From Octopus sinensis (Eukaryota): a DNA stretch of 64,000 nucleotides. Position 1 is the first letter of the stretch. The number at the start of each line of letters is the position of its first letter. Location: the NCBI RefSeq assembly GCF_006345805.1, contig NC_043000.1, forward strand, positions 42,098,001-42,162,000, written 5' to 3'. Shown piece after piece: positions 62,074 through 64,000 of this stretch. Both the position numbers and the translations under genes were made by a program. A model generated the notes under the pieces. It was not told where the DNA came from and searched no databases. It saw nothing but the letters and a program-made list of their open reading frames with translations.

Positions 62074-63268
62074 CTGTAAAAATATTAAAATAAAATGAAA
62101 TAAGAAAAGACTGATAAATAATATTGGTTTCAAATTTTGGCACAAGGCCAGTAAGTTCAGGGTAGGGGCTTAGTTGATTAAATTGACTCCACTGTTCAAC
62201 TAGTGCTATTTTAATGACTCCAAGAGGCTGAAAGGCAAAGTTGACCTTGGTGAAATTTGAACTTAAAATGTAAAGATGGATGCAATACTGCCAAGCATTT
62301 TGCCTGGTGTGTTGACAATTCTGCCAGATTGATTTCTAAGTCATATGACATGCTGGGATAGTCTACAGTTGACTGCCATAGAATATATGCATATAAAGGT
62401 GTTGCTCAAGCATGGCCTTTATTGTAATCTTTTACTCATCTTAGTCACTAGATTTTAGCCAGTCTGCATTCCTGGGATGATTAAATACAATTTGTAATAT
62501 CCATGGATATGAGATGCTCGGGAGCAATAAACACTGAAAATGTGCAGAGAACAACTTCCGCCACATTCCAGGGAGAAAAAGGCACCATTCGAGTGTGATC
62601 GTTACCAGCATCACCTTACTGGCACTTGAGCCCCATGCTAGTAGGGTGCTAAGAGCACCATCCAAGCATGATCGTTGCCAGAGCGGCTAACTGGGTTCCG
62701 TGCTGGTGGCATGTGTAAAAAGATTCGAGCAAGGTCAAAGCCAGTACTGCCTGACTGGCCCCACTACACTCTCAGAGTGGTTGGCATTAGGAAGGGCATC
62801 CAGCTGTAGAAACTCTGTCAGATCAAGACTGGAGCCTGGTGCAGCCATCTGGTTCGCCAGCCCTCAGTCAAATCGTCCAACCCATGCTAGCATGGAAAGC
62901 GGACATTAAACGATGATGATGATGATGATCCGGTTAGGCTTTATTCATGTGTTCATTTCTTCAGGTGATTATTATTATTATTATTATTACTTGGCGATAT
63001 GCCATGCTTGAGAAGACTCGTCAAGCCAAGTGAAATTCTAGTTGTGGCTGATACCAGTTTCATGTAACTGGCACCCATACTGGTGGTACATAAAAACGTA
63101 CACATTACACTCTTGGAGCAGTTGGTGTTAGGCACAGCACCCAGTCATAGAAACCATGCCAAATCAGACTGGAACTTGGTGCAGATCTCCAGCATACCAG
63201 TTTCAGTCAAACCATTTAACTCATGCCAGCATGGAAAGCAGACTCTAAATGATGATGATTATATATAT

Positions 63269-63470
63269 CAGTGGTTTTCAACCAGGGTTCCGCCAGTACA
63301 GTCCAGGGGTTCCGCAAGAAGTTACAAAACTGCTAAAATCGGCAGTAATTTTTAATTCTCCTGTGCAGATATGTGTGCATAAAACTATTAAATTATTGCA
63401 CAGGGGTTCCTCGAGCCAGTGGAATGTTTCCTTGGGGTTCCGCTCCAGCAAAAAAGTTTGAAAAGCACTG
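63269..63470. mobile_element. hAT (Charlie-like) MITE, 202 bp
   Basis: TIRs CAGTGGTTTTCAA / TTGAAAAGCACTG and 8-bp flanks ATATATAT / ATCTATAT. Confidence 0.85.
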
Positions 63471-64000
63471 ATCTATATCTATATTAATCTATATATATGA
63501 CAGGCTTTAGCAAAAGACATTTGCCCAAGGTACCATATAGTGAACAAAAGCCATGTGGTTGCAAAGTGACCTGCTTCATTACACAGCCATTCCTGAACCT
63601 AATGAATGATAGAGAAAAATAAATGAAATACAAAAAACTCAAAAATATATACTTCAATGTACTGAAATTTTAAGCTACTGCCCTGAATGAATTCAACAGC
63701 AATTTTTAAAAATTGGTAAACAAGGAACAATATAAAAATATGAAAATTAGCAATCATGATCCAGAACAAAAGTGAAAAGCTTCTAAGCCAGAAGTTTTCA
63801 ACCAGAAATGTGGCACAAAAGTGTGTAGCGTATAGTCCACAGAGCTACTGCAAGTTCCTCAGGCAATACAATATGTTTAGAAAATTTGTGCATTTAATGC
63901 ATCACTCAGGTGCAGTTATAATTCTTTCCACCAAAGCGCAATGATGCACTCATCTCTGCTTTAAAACAATTTTAATACTCGTCTTTCATGTGATAAAATT

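Noticed and set aside
63700-63960. Upstream CFAP47 exon or the 62-aa + strand ORF
   Set aside because: No splice-bounded open frame with recognisable similarity; the candidate RFGG frame stops after a few codons.

Overview
AT-rich animal genomic DNA, most likely from a coleoid cephalopod such as Octopus. This is inferred from the repeat families, recognised from memory and not by database search. The whole window lies inside one large minus-strand gene. I traced 15 GT-AG exons by hand (62073 to 2858; 2373 nt, 791 codons) with consistent intron phases. They encode a central part of the ciliary protein CFAP47, including its calponin-homology-like region; both the start and stop codons lie outside the window. 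The introns are filled with tRNA-derived SINEs, 3' ends of RTE, CR1, L1/Tx1 and R4-Dong LINEs, mariner/Tc1 and hAT derivatives, Helitrons, Penelope-like remnants and long microsatellites. Nearly all ORFs in the supplied track are microsatellite or repeat artefacts. The most interesting observations are: (i) a tandem duplication that builds a new in-frame 57-nt phase 1-1 candidate cassette exon; (ii) three minimal hammerhead-ribozyme-like motifs in introns, two with a U4C core variant and two in the sense of the pre-mRNA; (iii) a young 7.8 x 232-bp array carried inside a retro-insertion that splits a SINE; (iv) an intronic CpG-retaining island in an otherwise CpG-depleted gene body; and (v) several long inverted repeats, including a perfect 113-bp templated inversion and a 134-bp-arm palindrome. 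All identities and counts are by eye and all homology calls are from recall.
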